DNA from: Callorhinchus milii
Lineage: Eukaryota
Length of the DNA: 64,000 bases
Assembly (NCBI RefSeq): GCF_018977255.1
Contig: NW_024704742.1
Coordinates: 99,512,001-99,576,000, forward strand
Direction of reading: 5' to 3'
In this document: positions 13,634 to 26,620 of the stretch, one piece after another
How positions within the stretch are numbered: position 1 is the stretch's first letter
How the letters are laid out: every line of letters starts with the position of its first letter
Translations under genes and position numbers: made by a program
The notes under the pieces: generated by a model
Told to the model about the DNA's origin: nothing
Databases searched by the model: none
What the model saw: the letters and a program-made list of their open reading frames with translations, nothing else

Positions 13634-14991
13634 TGCAGTGCTCCGTAGCTGAGGGGAAAAAAAGTCATTAAACACTCAGTTTTTAAATCACATTCTCATA
13701 AATAGCAGCAGAACTGTTGTCACCAGAACTGTAATAGCTATGAGAATACACGTCCAGGTAAGTGGGGCAGTCTGTTCGAGGTAAATTGCATGTAGAACGC
13801 TGGCTTGTATCAACTTCAAATGGTGGCCAGCTTTCTGCAGCATTTGGGATTTTGTTGGGTCAGTTAAATGGGGTCCACACTCCTTTAAGAAAACCCACAT
13901 TATAACAGGTTGTATAACTGGGCTCTACTGTAGCAACCAATGAAATTCGTGAAAGATTTCATGTGGTTGACACAATTCATAATACGATTTGCACGTGATT
14001 TACAAACGGATTGTTCTCTTTAAAGTATTATTCTCTTTTTAAGCAAAAGTACAACTGAGCTGGGGCACGAATTCTGCTGGTGCATGAGACACACCACTTG
14101 ACAGCAGGCTGAAAGCGGAGGGCATCAGTGAGAAGGGAGGAGTAACTGGAAACATAGAAGTGCCCAAACACAAGCAGGCGCTTCCAAAAAAGGTCTACAT
14201 TTTTATAACAACTATTAAAACCAAATTGTCAGCAGAGTGGCAGTCAGCCAGCCCAACTGGCTCAAGATCACTCCACAGTCTGACACACGTTAAGAGGCAG
14301 CCGTCTTTGCCAAGAAATGTTAACTTCTCAGTGCTGAGCACGGCTCCCTTGGAAATGCGCAGAGACAGCCCCCGAGACGTCCACAGAAAGGCGTTTATTA
14401 CAGGACGATCAATACTGGCTGGAAACAAGATGTTCAAAGTCTACGTGCCCAAGGGGTCAATGTCGAACCAGATTAATGGTGGTCTCCCACTGCACTGCTC
14501 ATTTCACGATCATGTACTGAAGAAGAAAGTGGTTCAAGCCTTTTCTTATAATTGAAGGGAAGCAGATACCTAATGTTGATCACCTCCCCCACCCGCTCCC
14601 CCCATCCTACAATAGCTCCTCTGAACGGTCCGTAATAAATGACTGACCTTTTTGTTAATATTACCACTTGGGTCAACATCAGATGAAATGTTGGATTAAA
14701 CTGCGTGGAGCTCAGAACGTAGTGAGATATGAAGATTTTCAATGTGATTTTTCCCATAACTGATCTGAGACCTGCATTTTATGCCGAGATGGTGCGACTC
14801 GGGTCATTTCACAGCTTTCAGAAACAAATCAGCCTCTAAAATCGCAGCTGCTCCAGCTCCTCCCTACCTATCAGTACTCAGCTATTATTGTATTTCAGCG
14901 CTTAAACTACCCTGTAAAAGGAACACAATCTCGCATTACGGCCCACCGAGAACTCTGTTGAATTTCCTCCAAATTCTGACTTGTTCAGATC

Positions 14992-15368
14992 GTGGAGTCC
15001 TGTAGCTCAGTGGCTAAAACACTCGCCTCACAAGCAAGAGGACCTGGGTACAATTCCCAGGCAGGGCGAAATGTTGGGCAAGTTTCCTTGCTCCACACGC
15101 CTCTGTTTAGCTAGCAGCAAGTAGGAACCCGGTTGTTAGTGGATGGGCAGATCACTTTTCCAGGGGTAATAATCCCTTCAATAAATAAATAATAAATGGA
15201 TCACTTCAATCCATGACTGTTTATGGGACACTGCTGTGTGCAATTGGCTGCCGTGTTTCGCCCACAAAATATACAGTCAATTCACTTTACAGTATATTCT
15301 GTGAAGCGCTTTGAGACATCTCAAAGACTTAATATGGTGCTATATCAACTGCAAGGATTATTACTATT
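14992..15368 (+). mobile_element. Full-length tRNA-derived SINE (long variant)
   Basis: Head GTGGAGTCCTGTAGCTCAGTGG (Pol III A box) with a decayed B box, central ttgggcaagtttcc segment, shared 3' module ending tgcaaggattattact. Confidence 0.9.
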
Positions 15369-17819
15369 GCACCGATTGACTAGAATTGTACGCGATGTGC
15401 ATTTACACTCTCTACATAGAGCCATTTGTGCACCCGGAACCCCAGGCACGGTGTTTATTTCTTTTTTTAAATAAATCAGGCTGTCGTCGAGAGACACACT
15501 TATAAATAATATTGCTGCCAATCAGAGGAGCCAGTTTGAAAGTTGGCCTTCACTGTGTGCATTTATCAAAAGGCCTTAACTAACAACTTAATTGGCAAGT
15601 GGTGCAATACATTCCGTTCTGCGGCTGATAAAGTCAGAATGGAATCAGTTCCCTGATTAAAGTTGCAGTCAAACATAGGAGTGTCCCTAGGTTGAAACTT
15701 CTGATGTGGTCAGTACTGGATGTACTTGGGGCTGTGCTTCAAGGGACAGTTGAACCACCATCTAACTTTGCTCCCCTCTGCGCCAATAGAACCGAGTGGC
15801 AGAGCCAGGTTTTGTAACTGGGGGGAGGGCAATTGGTTATTAGTGGTGCCACCTCCTATTGCTGCCTCTTACCTCCCTCTCCGGCTCTCCTCCCCCAACA
15901 CCACCTCTTAGTTCCGACACTGATAGAACTCTTGTAGTTTTGCTGCAAACCAGAACTTCCCCTATGCTAAGTGCATCACTTGGCCAACATCTGCTGTTGC
16001 GCCAGGACAATAATAATAATTCTTGCAGTTGATATAGGGCTCATAAGATTGAAATCTCTCAAAACTAGTGATGGGTAATTGCCTGTCCAGTGAAGTGGAC
16101 TGTATATTTATATAGGCAAACACTGCAGCCATTTTGTAGTCAGGCAGGTCCCATAAATAGCCATGAAGTGAACGACCAATTTATCAGAAGTGAAATTGTG
16201 TCTCGGGATCTTTCAACACCTGCCTGAACAGGCAGCACATATACTCCAAAATACCTACACATCAGCTCTCAGAGTGAAGTGGAAACCACAACAAACACTT
16301 TCTAATCCACAACAAAGGGGAAATCAGTGCTCCCTGCTGGTCTCTACCAGCAAGCCAACTGAAACACCTGCAATTTCAAATTGTACAATGAAATGCTTTA
16401 TAATGTGGCGTAATTGACATGCGTGAGTGTTCTACCCAGCCAGCACGCAACCAGTCAGTATTGGCAAAACCTCTCAATGTGAAACTAGACCTGAATGGGG
16501 ACATCTCATCTTCACACTGTATCTTTTCAGTTAGGAACACAGGCTCAAAAGTCACTTGACTCCTTCGCAAACTCCAGTGACAACAGCATCGCTTTCAGTC
16601 AACAGGAAGTGCTCTCACGGACCAAAGATAATTCTCTACCCCCAACCCCCACAAACAGGGGGAAAATCCCTAACACAGTTCTCCATGCACGTAAAAGATT
16701 AGAGGCAGGGAGACTGACAAAATGTATAAGCATTAATCAACATCTATATCAAAAGCAAGGATTATTATTATTATCATCATCTAAAGCACTGTGTACATTC
16801 GGAAACATTCTGCACGCACACACCCACAAAGCCAAGATTAAAGAGCTTGAAGACGGTCACTGGGACAACCAATCCCAAATTGTGCAGTCTCTCAAACCCC
16901 TCGTGTAAGGAAAAACCTGAAAACAAATTATCAGCTTTGCCGGCTTCAAGCTGCCTGTGCAGATGGAGACAGCTTTGTACAAAAGACTTCACTCAAACTG
17001 CGAGAAGACAGCAGTTCTCAAAGAATCTGCCTGAGGGATACCAAAATATTTTCTGCAGCTCATTTCCTGTCACTTTCTTGTCTAGACTAGTGCATCAGCT
17101 TCGAAGAAACCTTATTGTCATTAACCCCCTCTCCCCCCACCATACAGCAACAAACTGTTTACATCCTCTCCTCTGTTGGTAAGATCACTGAATGTCTGCT
17201 CAATCAACAGTGACTTAGCCAAACCTTTTTGGATGAGATGTGTTCTGTATCTCGCAAATTAGGTTGAAAAAGAGTGTGTGCTCATCCCCGATAATAAGGT
17301 GGTTCTTTTTCTAGAGCAGTGGTAGGTCACTGCCCTGTCGTAAGAATCATTGCATTTGATATAGCGCTGTTCACATTGGGAGAGCGTGTCAGAGCACTTC
17401 ACAGGATATACTGCAAAGTGTAAATGTGAAGATGGCATCAGATAACAGCTGATCATTTGGGGTTTTTTTCCCCCTTTTCTTTTTGCCTGCACAGATTGCA
17501 AGAGATTCCAGGGTGGTCATCAAAGGAAGCTCGGAGCCAAGTGTTTTCTCTTCAACCAGAACCGGTAAAAGCAGCTTCAGTTGTTGTTGCTGTCAATACC
17601 AAATAAACAACAGACAGCTTCCCCCTGCCTTGTGGGTGGCCCCTGTTGAAACATGACCAAGGTTGCAGAGACCATAGGGTTGCAGATCGGAGTTAGCTGA
17701 TATCATCAGCTTGGGCAGCAGTTGTGATGTTACAGTTTGCTTTAATGCTGCTGTGCTGAGGCAGCAGTTGGAACACTATAATTGGTCCTGGGCTAGGAAG
17801 GAAAATAACCTGGTAATAA

Positions 17820-18180
17820 ATGCGTCTTATCAAGTTAGAAGGATGCCTCAAAGCACTTCACAGGATTTACTGTGTATTTATAGGCAAACGGAATTGCCCA
17901 CAGCAATATCCCACAAACAGCCATGAAATGATTGACCAGTTTTTATTTGAGGGATTGTTAGCCAAGACACCAGGAGAAACTCCCTTCTCTTTTCAAACAG
18001 CACCATGAACATCCACCTGAACAGCAGATGGGGCATCAATTTAATGTCTCATCCAATGGACAGCACCTCCAACAATAGAACACCCTCCCAGCACTGCATT
18101 GGAGTGTCAGCTTAGACTATGGGAACCCACAACCTTCTGACTCGGAGGCGAGAATACTACCACTGAGCCAAGCTGACACT
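17820..18180 (-). mobile_element. Deu-domain SINE
   Basis: The reverse complement has head gtgtcagcttggctcagtggtag, a Deu-like core and the tail. Flanked by the direct repeat ACCTGGTAATAA. Confidence 0.8.
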
Positions 18181-18207
18181 CTAATAACAACTACCTGGTA
18201 ATAATAA

Positions 18208-18376
18208 GGTGTCAGTCTGGCTCACTTGTTAGTTAGAAGGTTGTGGGATCAAGCTCCATGTCAAGACTTTGAACTCATATATGCTCGGCTGGCACTCCGA
18301 TGCAGTGTTTGGGGCGTGCTGCGTAGTTGGGGGTGCCGTCCTTTGACTGAGATGTTAAACCAAAGTCTTGTCTGCA
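18208..18376 (+). mobile_element. Deu-domain SINE 5' part
   Basis: ggtgtcagtctggctca...gggtgccgtcctttgactgagatgttaaacc. Confidence 0.75.
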
Positions 18377-21034
18377 GAATGTAAAGCAATGACCTTAATC
18401 TGAAAAATTGGTTGTTTAAAAGCTCTCCCATACCGACATTAAAACAAAGGCACAAATTTGCAAACCAAATCTCGTCTCATTGTTTTGAACACAAGGTTTG
18501 GTGTGTTCATGAATATAATATGGAAGTTAACAGGAAATGCAGCATGCAAATTCAGAGGGCAATAAAAATGCTTTGACAACAATAAATTCCAACCTTGCTT
18601 ATCTTAATGGCTGGAATATTGAAAGAAGAATTGAGTGGAGATCCACCTCCCTCCCCTGCTGGGTTTGAAATCAAAACTAGTTCACAAAATAGAGAGATTG
18701 TGTAACCCCAAGCAAAGACTTCCCCAGATATGTGTTCGACTGTAAAAAAAAAATTCCTGGCTGCAGAATTTTTGTTCACTGAAGAATCTTAAGAGTCTCC
18801 GAAAAAAGACCTAAACATGCCTCTTTTTTGAACCAACAGTGCTAATGTCAACATTTAACCGGTCATCAATAAGGTATTTGTATCTAACTTATTAATGGTC
18901 ACAGACTTGGCTTTCACAGTTTAACAGGATGAAGTGGGTGTAACTTATGAGAGAACATTCTGCAAGAACTTGGTACAGCACCTACACAGCTATTTTCCAC
19001 TTGTGGGGTGGGAAGGGGGTCTTGTTCCCAGGTGTTTGAAGACATTACTGCTAATGCAAACAGTGTAGACCATAGAATCTTATTCCTGTCTAAACTGGTC
19101 AGTGCAAGTCATGAGCCAAAGTAAACAATGCTTTATAATTTCAATAAGATTCATTTATTTCCACTTTTCACACAAGCCCCTGTCCAAGAACAGGATGCGG
19201 GATTTGCAATGGTCAGACAAAAGTAATTTGCAACCCTCGGTCCACCTTTCACCCCTTCACTCTCCACCACTATCTCCCCCGGCCCACCCTGGCAGACTTA
19301 AACATCGCCTTTTTTTTAACCATCTCAAGTCATGAGCTCTCCAATCACCACTCTTGTGTGTGTGTGGATCTCAGGATGACTTTACGTGATCCCTCGTTCC
19401 ACAGGAAACAGCCGGTTTTCCTGTGCCAATTTCAATACACTATCCTGCTGTTACAACAATTCACACAAACATTACAATTCACACGAATGTTTCAATTAAA
19501 TAAGCTTTTCTCCTCTCTGCACACCCTCCTCCCAAAAAACTAAAAGGACAGCAGAAACAAACACAAGGCACATTTTAATCTTTGATCTTACCAGACCATT
19601 AATTGGAGCTGCAAGTATCAATCATTTGTTTTGAATCACACAAGAGATTTGGATGAAGAAGATCCTTTGGCCCATTTGACCTCATCCTTTCGGAATATCA
19701 CCTCCCCCCCACACTGGAACACTGTAATACACATTCGTTGATGTGGCTGACACTTTACTCAAAGCTCACTAAGCAATCTCGGGGGAGGGGAGGAAAAAGA
19801 ATAAACATAGTGTTTTAAGATCACAGTAATACTGTTCAGATTCACTCTGGATTCACAGACATTGCGTAGAGGCAACAGGACGTCCCAGAATCTTTTAGTG
19901 GGAGCACAGAACCAAACCCCCAATCTTGTACATCTTCCTGAGAAGCTAATAGCAAGCTAATGCCTGGCAGTTTTCGCTACAGTATTTTTTTTAATATAAA
20001 AAACCCAGCACTGATCAAAAATACAATTTTATCTTTCAGGCGACGACCATCATTTGGGCTGTTTAATGCTGATGGCAACAATTAAAGAGCCTGGGACAGC
20101 ATGAAGCAAATCGCTTATAATAATAAGCAAATTTGAAGCAAAATTCCTTCTCTCTACGTGCCAAATGAATCCCATCGTGGCTACCAGCAAAGCAGCCAAT
20201 GATTGCTTTCCACTGAAAGGAAGCCACGGCAAATGGTGCTGGAGCCTTTTACGTGACCTCAAGCTGCCACTCTCTAACCGGCCTTCCCCAGGCAGGAACC
20301 AATTACTGGCTGTTATTTTATCTACATTTCAAAGCAAATTCAACTAAGTCCCCAGGGATTCTGTGCGTCTGTCTAGGCACAGGCTGTGTTGTTTTTGTAC
20401 AGTCACCAGATTTCCCTGATGATCCCACCTCTCCTCCCTTTTGACATCTCCACTTCCAGTCCAACCAAAAGGGGTTCCAACATTGAGGCTGTAATATTAA
20501 CAAAAGATTTATAAACTAATTTAAGCATTGCATACAAATTATTCAATATCTTCCTCCCCGCTCCCCCAGCCATCCGTTTAGTCAACCTTCTAAAGCCCTG
20601 AGTGGTGGTGGTGTTGAATGACAGCTCTGTTAAACCAGTACATTTACCCTCGTTCACTACATTCTCCATTATTCCCACACCAACCTAAAATGTCTATTCT
20701 CTGTGGCTGAATACTTTAAAACCTGCCTATTTAAGTTTTAACAACAGCCTGCTTGTGAATCAGTTTCTTCACTGGCTTCCTGAATAGCTCCCCTCCCCCT
20801 CCATTCTGTTCAGCTCCATTTCCCTTTCAATGCTGGAGCTTCAGATCATTGGGAAGAAATTCCACGCGGGTCTAGAGTGACAATTTATGTAGCATTTCAG
20901 AATGTCAAAATTTTGGCAAGTTCTTAAATGCAGCCTTAACTCTTCTGTAAGTTCTTTCAAGAAAGTTATTTCAAGAAAGTTAAGACTTCAAAATTAAGAC
21001 TTAAGATTTTTTCCCCTATTATATTTATTTGGGT

Positions 21035-21370
21035 TACAAAATACACAATAAATCCACGTTACAGTAAATCCTGTGAAGGTATTTGAGGCGTCCTCCTGAC
21101 ATGAATGGCGCTATATCGAATGTAAGGATTATTATTTAAAGATGGAATGAATAATAATACTTGCATTTGATTCAGTGCCTTTCGTGTGAGGATGTCTCAA
21201 GCGCTTTGTAGGATAATAACAATCCTTCCATTTGATATAGCGCCTTATCTCAAGTCTACTAGACGTCTCAAAGCGCTTCACAGAATATACTGTAAAATTA
21301 ATTGACTGTATATTTTGTGGGCGAAATCGAGGATTTACTGTAATATGTATTGACTGTGTATTTTGTAGGG
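21035..21370. mobile_element. Cluster of three SINE tails (+, -, nested -)
   Basis: A plus-strand tail at 21035-21137. An older minus-strand tail at 21150-21370 is split by a younger minus-strand tail at 21215-21329. Confidence 0.8.
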
Positions 21371-23847
21371 GTACACAACCCCATAGGTATATGTTCTGTG
21401 TATTTTGTAGGCAAATAAGCACAGCCGCATGGGTACAGGAGCCATCTTGCATTCAGTTTCAGGGTTCTGCAAAGGCAGCTAAAGTGTCTAAATGCAGTTT
21501 CAGATAAAGCTCCGCTGCCTGCTGTTTGCAGGCCACTGATGGCTTGTCTGGGATAAGCACTAAACTACAGAGACTTGCTCCTTTTACACTACATTTAAAC
21601 TTTGTGCATTATCTAAGCCCTTGTCAAGCACGGGAGTGTTTGACAGAGAACATAGTACAGAGCTAGGCAGAAGGCGTAAAAGCCACATCTGTGGAATTTA
21701 AGAAGCAGGAAAATAGATATGTTAATTCCCTATGAATGCCTCCGCCACACAAACATTAAGGTGGGCGGAGGGGAGAGTGAGAGAGTGAGCACGAGAAACA
21801 GAAACAATTCAATCATTGTTTCTCGTTTGCCAATCGATACTAATATTTGACCTTGGCAAACAGGTTTAATGTCATTAGCAAAAATCACACACGTAAGCAT
21901 TATTTCATTACAGCTGTAAAATGTGGTATGTACAGTACATAAAACACACATTAGATTCCAGCTTCCTGAAGAGATTGCAGTGCCTCACTTGAACTCAATT
22001 AAATCCATTAATGTATATTACAAATCACTGACTCCATCCAGTGAGTCAAATCTCTCAGCTACCGTTGTCATTGCTCAGTGCAGAATGGGTTTTGCTTTAT
22101 TAAGGACATTCCCAGATAAAGCATCTTCACAAAGATTCACATTACTCCCACCTTCAAATATCTCACTGAAACCTTTTTCTCTACCCCTCCCCCCACCACA
22201 CCCCTTTCTCTCCATTTAAAAGCACTCCTGAAAGTCATGCCTCCTCTCCTTTCACACTGGATAATTAGAGCCAGAAGGTCTGACAGTTTACGTAATGGTC
22301 TCCAGAGGCAATTTGTCATGCCAGATATTAGCCATCTTCTGGAGCTTAGTAGCCCATTTGTTTCCTTTCTGTTGCGTACAAATGGTTTACCAGCCGGAGC
22401 TGGAGAAAGAGCGGCGTTATTCAGTCTGACATCTGAGCTGCTTTTGCACGTCCATTGTACTGCTTCTCTTAGCAACTTCAGAGCCTGAGGCAGGAAGGAG
22501 TCTCTTCTAACTTTAAATTATCACTGCTGTTGATTATAACTCTCGGTAATAGTACTCTTTGCCGGGCTGCTATTAGAAAAGGACTAATCACATTTTCATT
22601 AAGAATTCTGAGCGCCTTTCTTTTCAACTGCTAACAGGCAGAGACTTGGCACTCTTCCCTTCTGACTACACTGCACTTTTTATTAGCAAAATACCCGAGA
22701 CCTTATTAACACAAGAGAGACCGAAATGATAATTGGCAAAGGATCAAGCAGCTTTAGAGTCATCTCCACCAATAGTAAAGAGGCACGCAAGGTTATTTGA
22801 AAAGGTAGGGGGATGGCAGGTGTTGGTGGGAGGTAGGTGCCTGGGAGGAGAGAGGCCTGGAGGGGGACGGAGGGTGGGCTGAGGGAAAAAATAACCGTCA
22901 GAACATTCCACGGAAATCTGCACTAAAACTTTTAAAGTAGCAACCTTCAAGGTGGAATTATTTTGAACTCCATTTGGCGCCCCACTGTTTATCACAGTAA
23001 AATGCAAAGCACCAAATTATTTTTAGCCTGAGCAATATTTCATGCTGTCTGTCACCACTCTTAAGAAGAAAAGAACAGCAAAAACTCCAATCTTTGGGCT
23101 CTAAATCAGCCCAGGAGGTAACACAATCAATCCTCGGTTAAAAGCATGGCATGTCTTACAGGTATTACAGTGGAGCTTTCTTCTAATCTGATCTACAAAG
23201 AGACACAACAACTTGCATTTATATAGCGTCCTTCACACTGGGTAGCATCCGGAGCGCTTAACACTACAATTGTATTATGACCAAATCTGCACTATAAGCA
23301 AACACATTACAATGGGACCGCACTGCATTATTATTGCTCATCCACTCAATTGCTCATCTGCGTAATTCTATTAAATCAGCGTGGGTTACCAATTTGGTTT
23401 AAAAAAGAAATATCTAGCTCACTGCATGGCTATTTTACGGCTTCAAAAGAGAAGGAATTATTCCACAAATCATAGACAAAGGGAAAATCCTTTGATCGGC
23501 AGTGAAAAAATAATAAAAACATTCCACTTTGCTGTTCATACACCAGGAAATAGGAATCTCTTTTTCTCTTCAACCATTAGTTCTGCTCAAGCGTAAACTA
23601 CTCAGTGGGTCAGAAGGCTATTTGATTCTCCATGAATAACTCTATTAACGTCACCACAGGCTCTGTTACTGTACCACAAACACCCACACATTCTAGATCT
23701 GGAAGACAGTAAGTTTACAGCAGTCTAGCTATTCTGAAAGCACTAAACTTTTTTTTAAACTGAATTCATGAATGCTCAGTTATTTTTGGCGTTCGTCACT
23801 GGCTACAAAAAGCTTTTCTTATTTCTTACACATTAATTCACCACACA

Positions 23848-23924
23848 ATATATTCTGTGAAGCGCTTTGAGACGTCTCGAAAACGTGATAAGGCGCTGTA
23901 TCAAATGCAAGGATTATTATTATT
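23848..23924 (+). mobile_element. SINE 3' tail fragment
   Basis: tattctgtgaagcgctttgagacgtctcgaaaacgtgataaggcgctgtatcaaatgcaaggattattattatt. Confidence 0.85.
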
Positions 23925-24869
23925 GGTTATCTCAAAGAACAGAAACGGGGTGGGGGGGGGGAAAGAAAGTCAAACAGTGAACTGATGCCATTATCCGTCA
24001 GCCTCTTCTGACTTCAACTATTAATCCTCTCAGTGCCACATTTCCATTGCTTCACATTCAAACAGCTACATACACATATATATAGCAGCCATAGACAACC
24101 ATATGGAGGTCCTTTTTTGTTGTTGCAGGGATTGTATTACAATTCTGATTTACCAGCCAAAGCTGGTGTTGTTTTCTTTAAAACAGTAGCACAGAACTAG
24201 TTGTGGAAAAATATAATCCCAATACAAGCAGAATAGTAACTAACGACACCTCTGGTTGGCCAACAAAATAATTATTTTTTGATTGAATATTTCTTAATTC
24301 ATGGCATAAATGGTATTTTGTTATTTCTATGATAATTTTGTTGGCCAAAAAAGTTGGCCACCAGTGGACTACGCAAAAGGCAAGCTGGTGCAAAAAAGCT
24401 GGCACACAGCACCCTTCCGCTGCAAATCTGCAATAGCCACCACCATGTATACAAGAGGAGGGAATCTCACCCAAAAGTTTTTTGTGGGGTCTGTCCAAAA
24501 ATTAACCTGACCTTTTAACCTCGGTCACTGTGGGGGTTGTAAAATCTCAATGTCACTGCCAAATAGGATATAAGTTCAAATGTTGACTGCTCTTAAACAG
24601 TTTATGATTTGCACTTTTAATCCCATCGTCATCGGGTGATACAAATGCAATGAATTAGGTGTGCGCCATTTAAACAGCGTGAGACAGCGGATAGGGGAAC
24701 GACCCAATCTGCCTGTATATGTTCCAGTTAAGCTGCCAACTGGCCACCGACTGCACTAAAAGAAATTGCAAATGTTTTTCTTTTTTGAGGGTTTAATCCA
24801 CACACAGCACAAACCTGATCCCACATGGCAATTTCATTACAGAACAAAAGTAATAATTTGATGTCTTAC

Positions 24870-25119
24870 CTTCCTCCGTTTCATGCCACACAATCCCTTC
24901 CAAATTGACACTAGTTCCTGGCTCACAAGGTCCAAGGCATTCGGGTTCAGTCACTACTCCAACATCACAAGCATTTACACCCAAGGATCGAGTCCGTACT
25001 AAAAGCTGCTCAACTGGGGCAGCAATACTGGATGAAGAGAAGTAGGAAGGTAGAATCTGAGGTGGCACACTCGAAGCGATTGGTGGCGGAGGTGCAGGCA
25101 CGGTGAACAAGGGGTCAAC
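24870..25119 (-). CDS. ZNF608: ZNF608 second coding exon (250 nt)
   Basis: Encodes [27 protein letters not shown]...[49 protein letters not shown](G), the conserved ZNF608/609 segment that follows ...EK. Acceptor tttctcctcag|GTT (AG at 25121-25120) and donor GAAG|gtaaga (GT at 24869-24868). Its phase-0 start is compatible with the upstream exon. Confidence 0.96.
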
Positions 25120-25792
25120 CTGAGGAGAAACAACGCATGGAAACATTACCATCAACGTCTATAGAAAGACACTGTTTTTCATAGCCTAAAATAACTGCAC
25201 TTGCTGCTTAGATCAAAGAGCAATCATCAGGGTCAAACTGCAACTCACAATCTTTTGGCAGCGGGTATGTGCAGTAAAACTCGCAGGTCAAATCTGTATA
25301 TAAATCGTATAACCGCCTAACTTGTCCATTTGTCCATGTCCCATTCAAGAGTTTATATTCTGTGCAAGTTTGACATTACTCATACGTTGCAAAAATCATA
25401 TTAAATGTGTGGTCCCAACTGATACGACTTATATGAGGTTTAATATAATTACCAAATCGTAAAAAAAGGTCACTACATTTGTGAAGAGCTTAGAGGCATT
25501 TTGACGTGATAACAGACTCTAAAAATACCTATCCATCCATTTTTCCCCCTAAACAAAACAATGACCCTGAACGCTTGGTCTCATTTCGCCGTTAACATAT
25601 CTATTCTATTCGGATTTCATGTGATCTAAGGCCTTGGTAAGTTTCTCACACAGAAATGCACTGATTCCTTGAAAAATGTTCTTGGAATCCTCAAGACCAT
25701 TAGGTTACAGTGAACCTTGCAGACAAACATGGGCCAGCAGAATTGTGGTCGTTTTCTAGAAAGCCTTGCTCAAGGCTGGATGATTCAAACAT

Positions 25793-26114
25793 TTAATAAT
25801 AATAATAATCCTTGCATTTGATATAGCGCTTTTCACGTCTTCTAGACGTCCCAAAGCGCTTCACAGAATTTACTGTAAAGTGAATTGACTGTATATTTGT
25901 GGGCGAACGCGGTAGCCAATTGCGCACAGCAATGTCCCACAAACAGTCATGGATTGAAAATGACCAATTTATTATTGTTTTGTTTTTTTTGGAGGGATTA
26001 TTATTAGACATATGGAGTAAGGAAACTTGCCCAAGGTTTCGCCCTGACTGGAATTGAACTCAGGTCTCTCACTTGCAAAGCGAGTGCTCTAACCACTGAG
26101 CTACAAGACTCCAC
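25793..26114 (-). mobile_element. Full-length tRNA-derived SINE (short variant)
   Basis: The reverse complement closely matches the copy at 37866; A box, B box GTTCAATTCC and (ATT)n tail. Confidence 0.92.
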
Positions 26115-26189
26115 GAACCTGTTTTGAACCTTTAGTGTTCGTGTACGGGTTCTCAGTGACCCACGTGAACATCTAGTCAACACAAACAT

Positions 26190-26620
26190 CTGCCATGTTT
26201 CGTTCACAAAATATAGTCAATTTACTTTACAGTAGATTCCATGATACCCTTTCGAGACGCCTCAACAACGTGATAAGGCGCTAAATCAAATGCAAGGATT
26301 ATCATTATTATTAACACCTTTTACTGCTAGGTGTACGTATCACTTGGGACCACAACGCCAAATCGTGCAGGGTACAGCATTCACTCTGAGCATATGCGCA
26401 AATTGGCTGCAGCGTGTCCCTATAAAATACACTGTCACTGCACTTTACAGTAAATCCTGTGAAACTCTCCAAGACACTACCCCCTGTGAAGGGCACTATA
26501 TAAATGCAAGTCATTGTTGTCTGTTGTTGGTATTAGCACCTTATCACATCGTCAAAATGTCACAAAGCGCTTCACAGGATTTTACTCTAAAGTGTAGTGA
26601 CTTTATATTTATAGGCAATT
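26190..26620. mobile_element. Cluster of SINE 3' fragments (+, +, -)
   Basis: Tail signatures at 26190-26312 (+), 26395-26530 (+) and 26531-26620 (-). Confidence 0.75.

Noticed and set aside
1..24869. Next ZNF608 exon (VLVVNVTWRNKTYVGTLL...) or a nested gene
   Set aside because: No such translation appears in the ORF track; the short ORFs here lack homology or derive from TEs. Very small exons cannot be excluded by eye.
25290..25442. Weak inverted repeat (atataaatcgtat / atacgacttatat) upstream of the second coding exon
   Set aside because: Short, imperfect and AT-rich; cannot be distinguished from chance or an old MITE.
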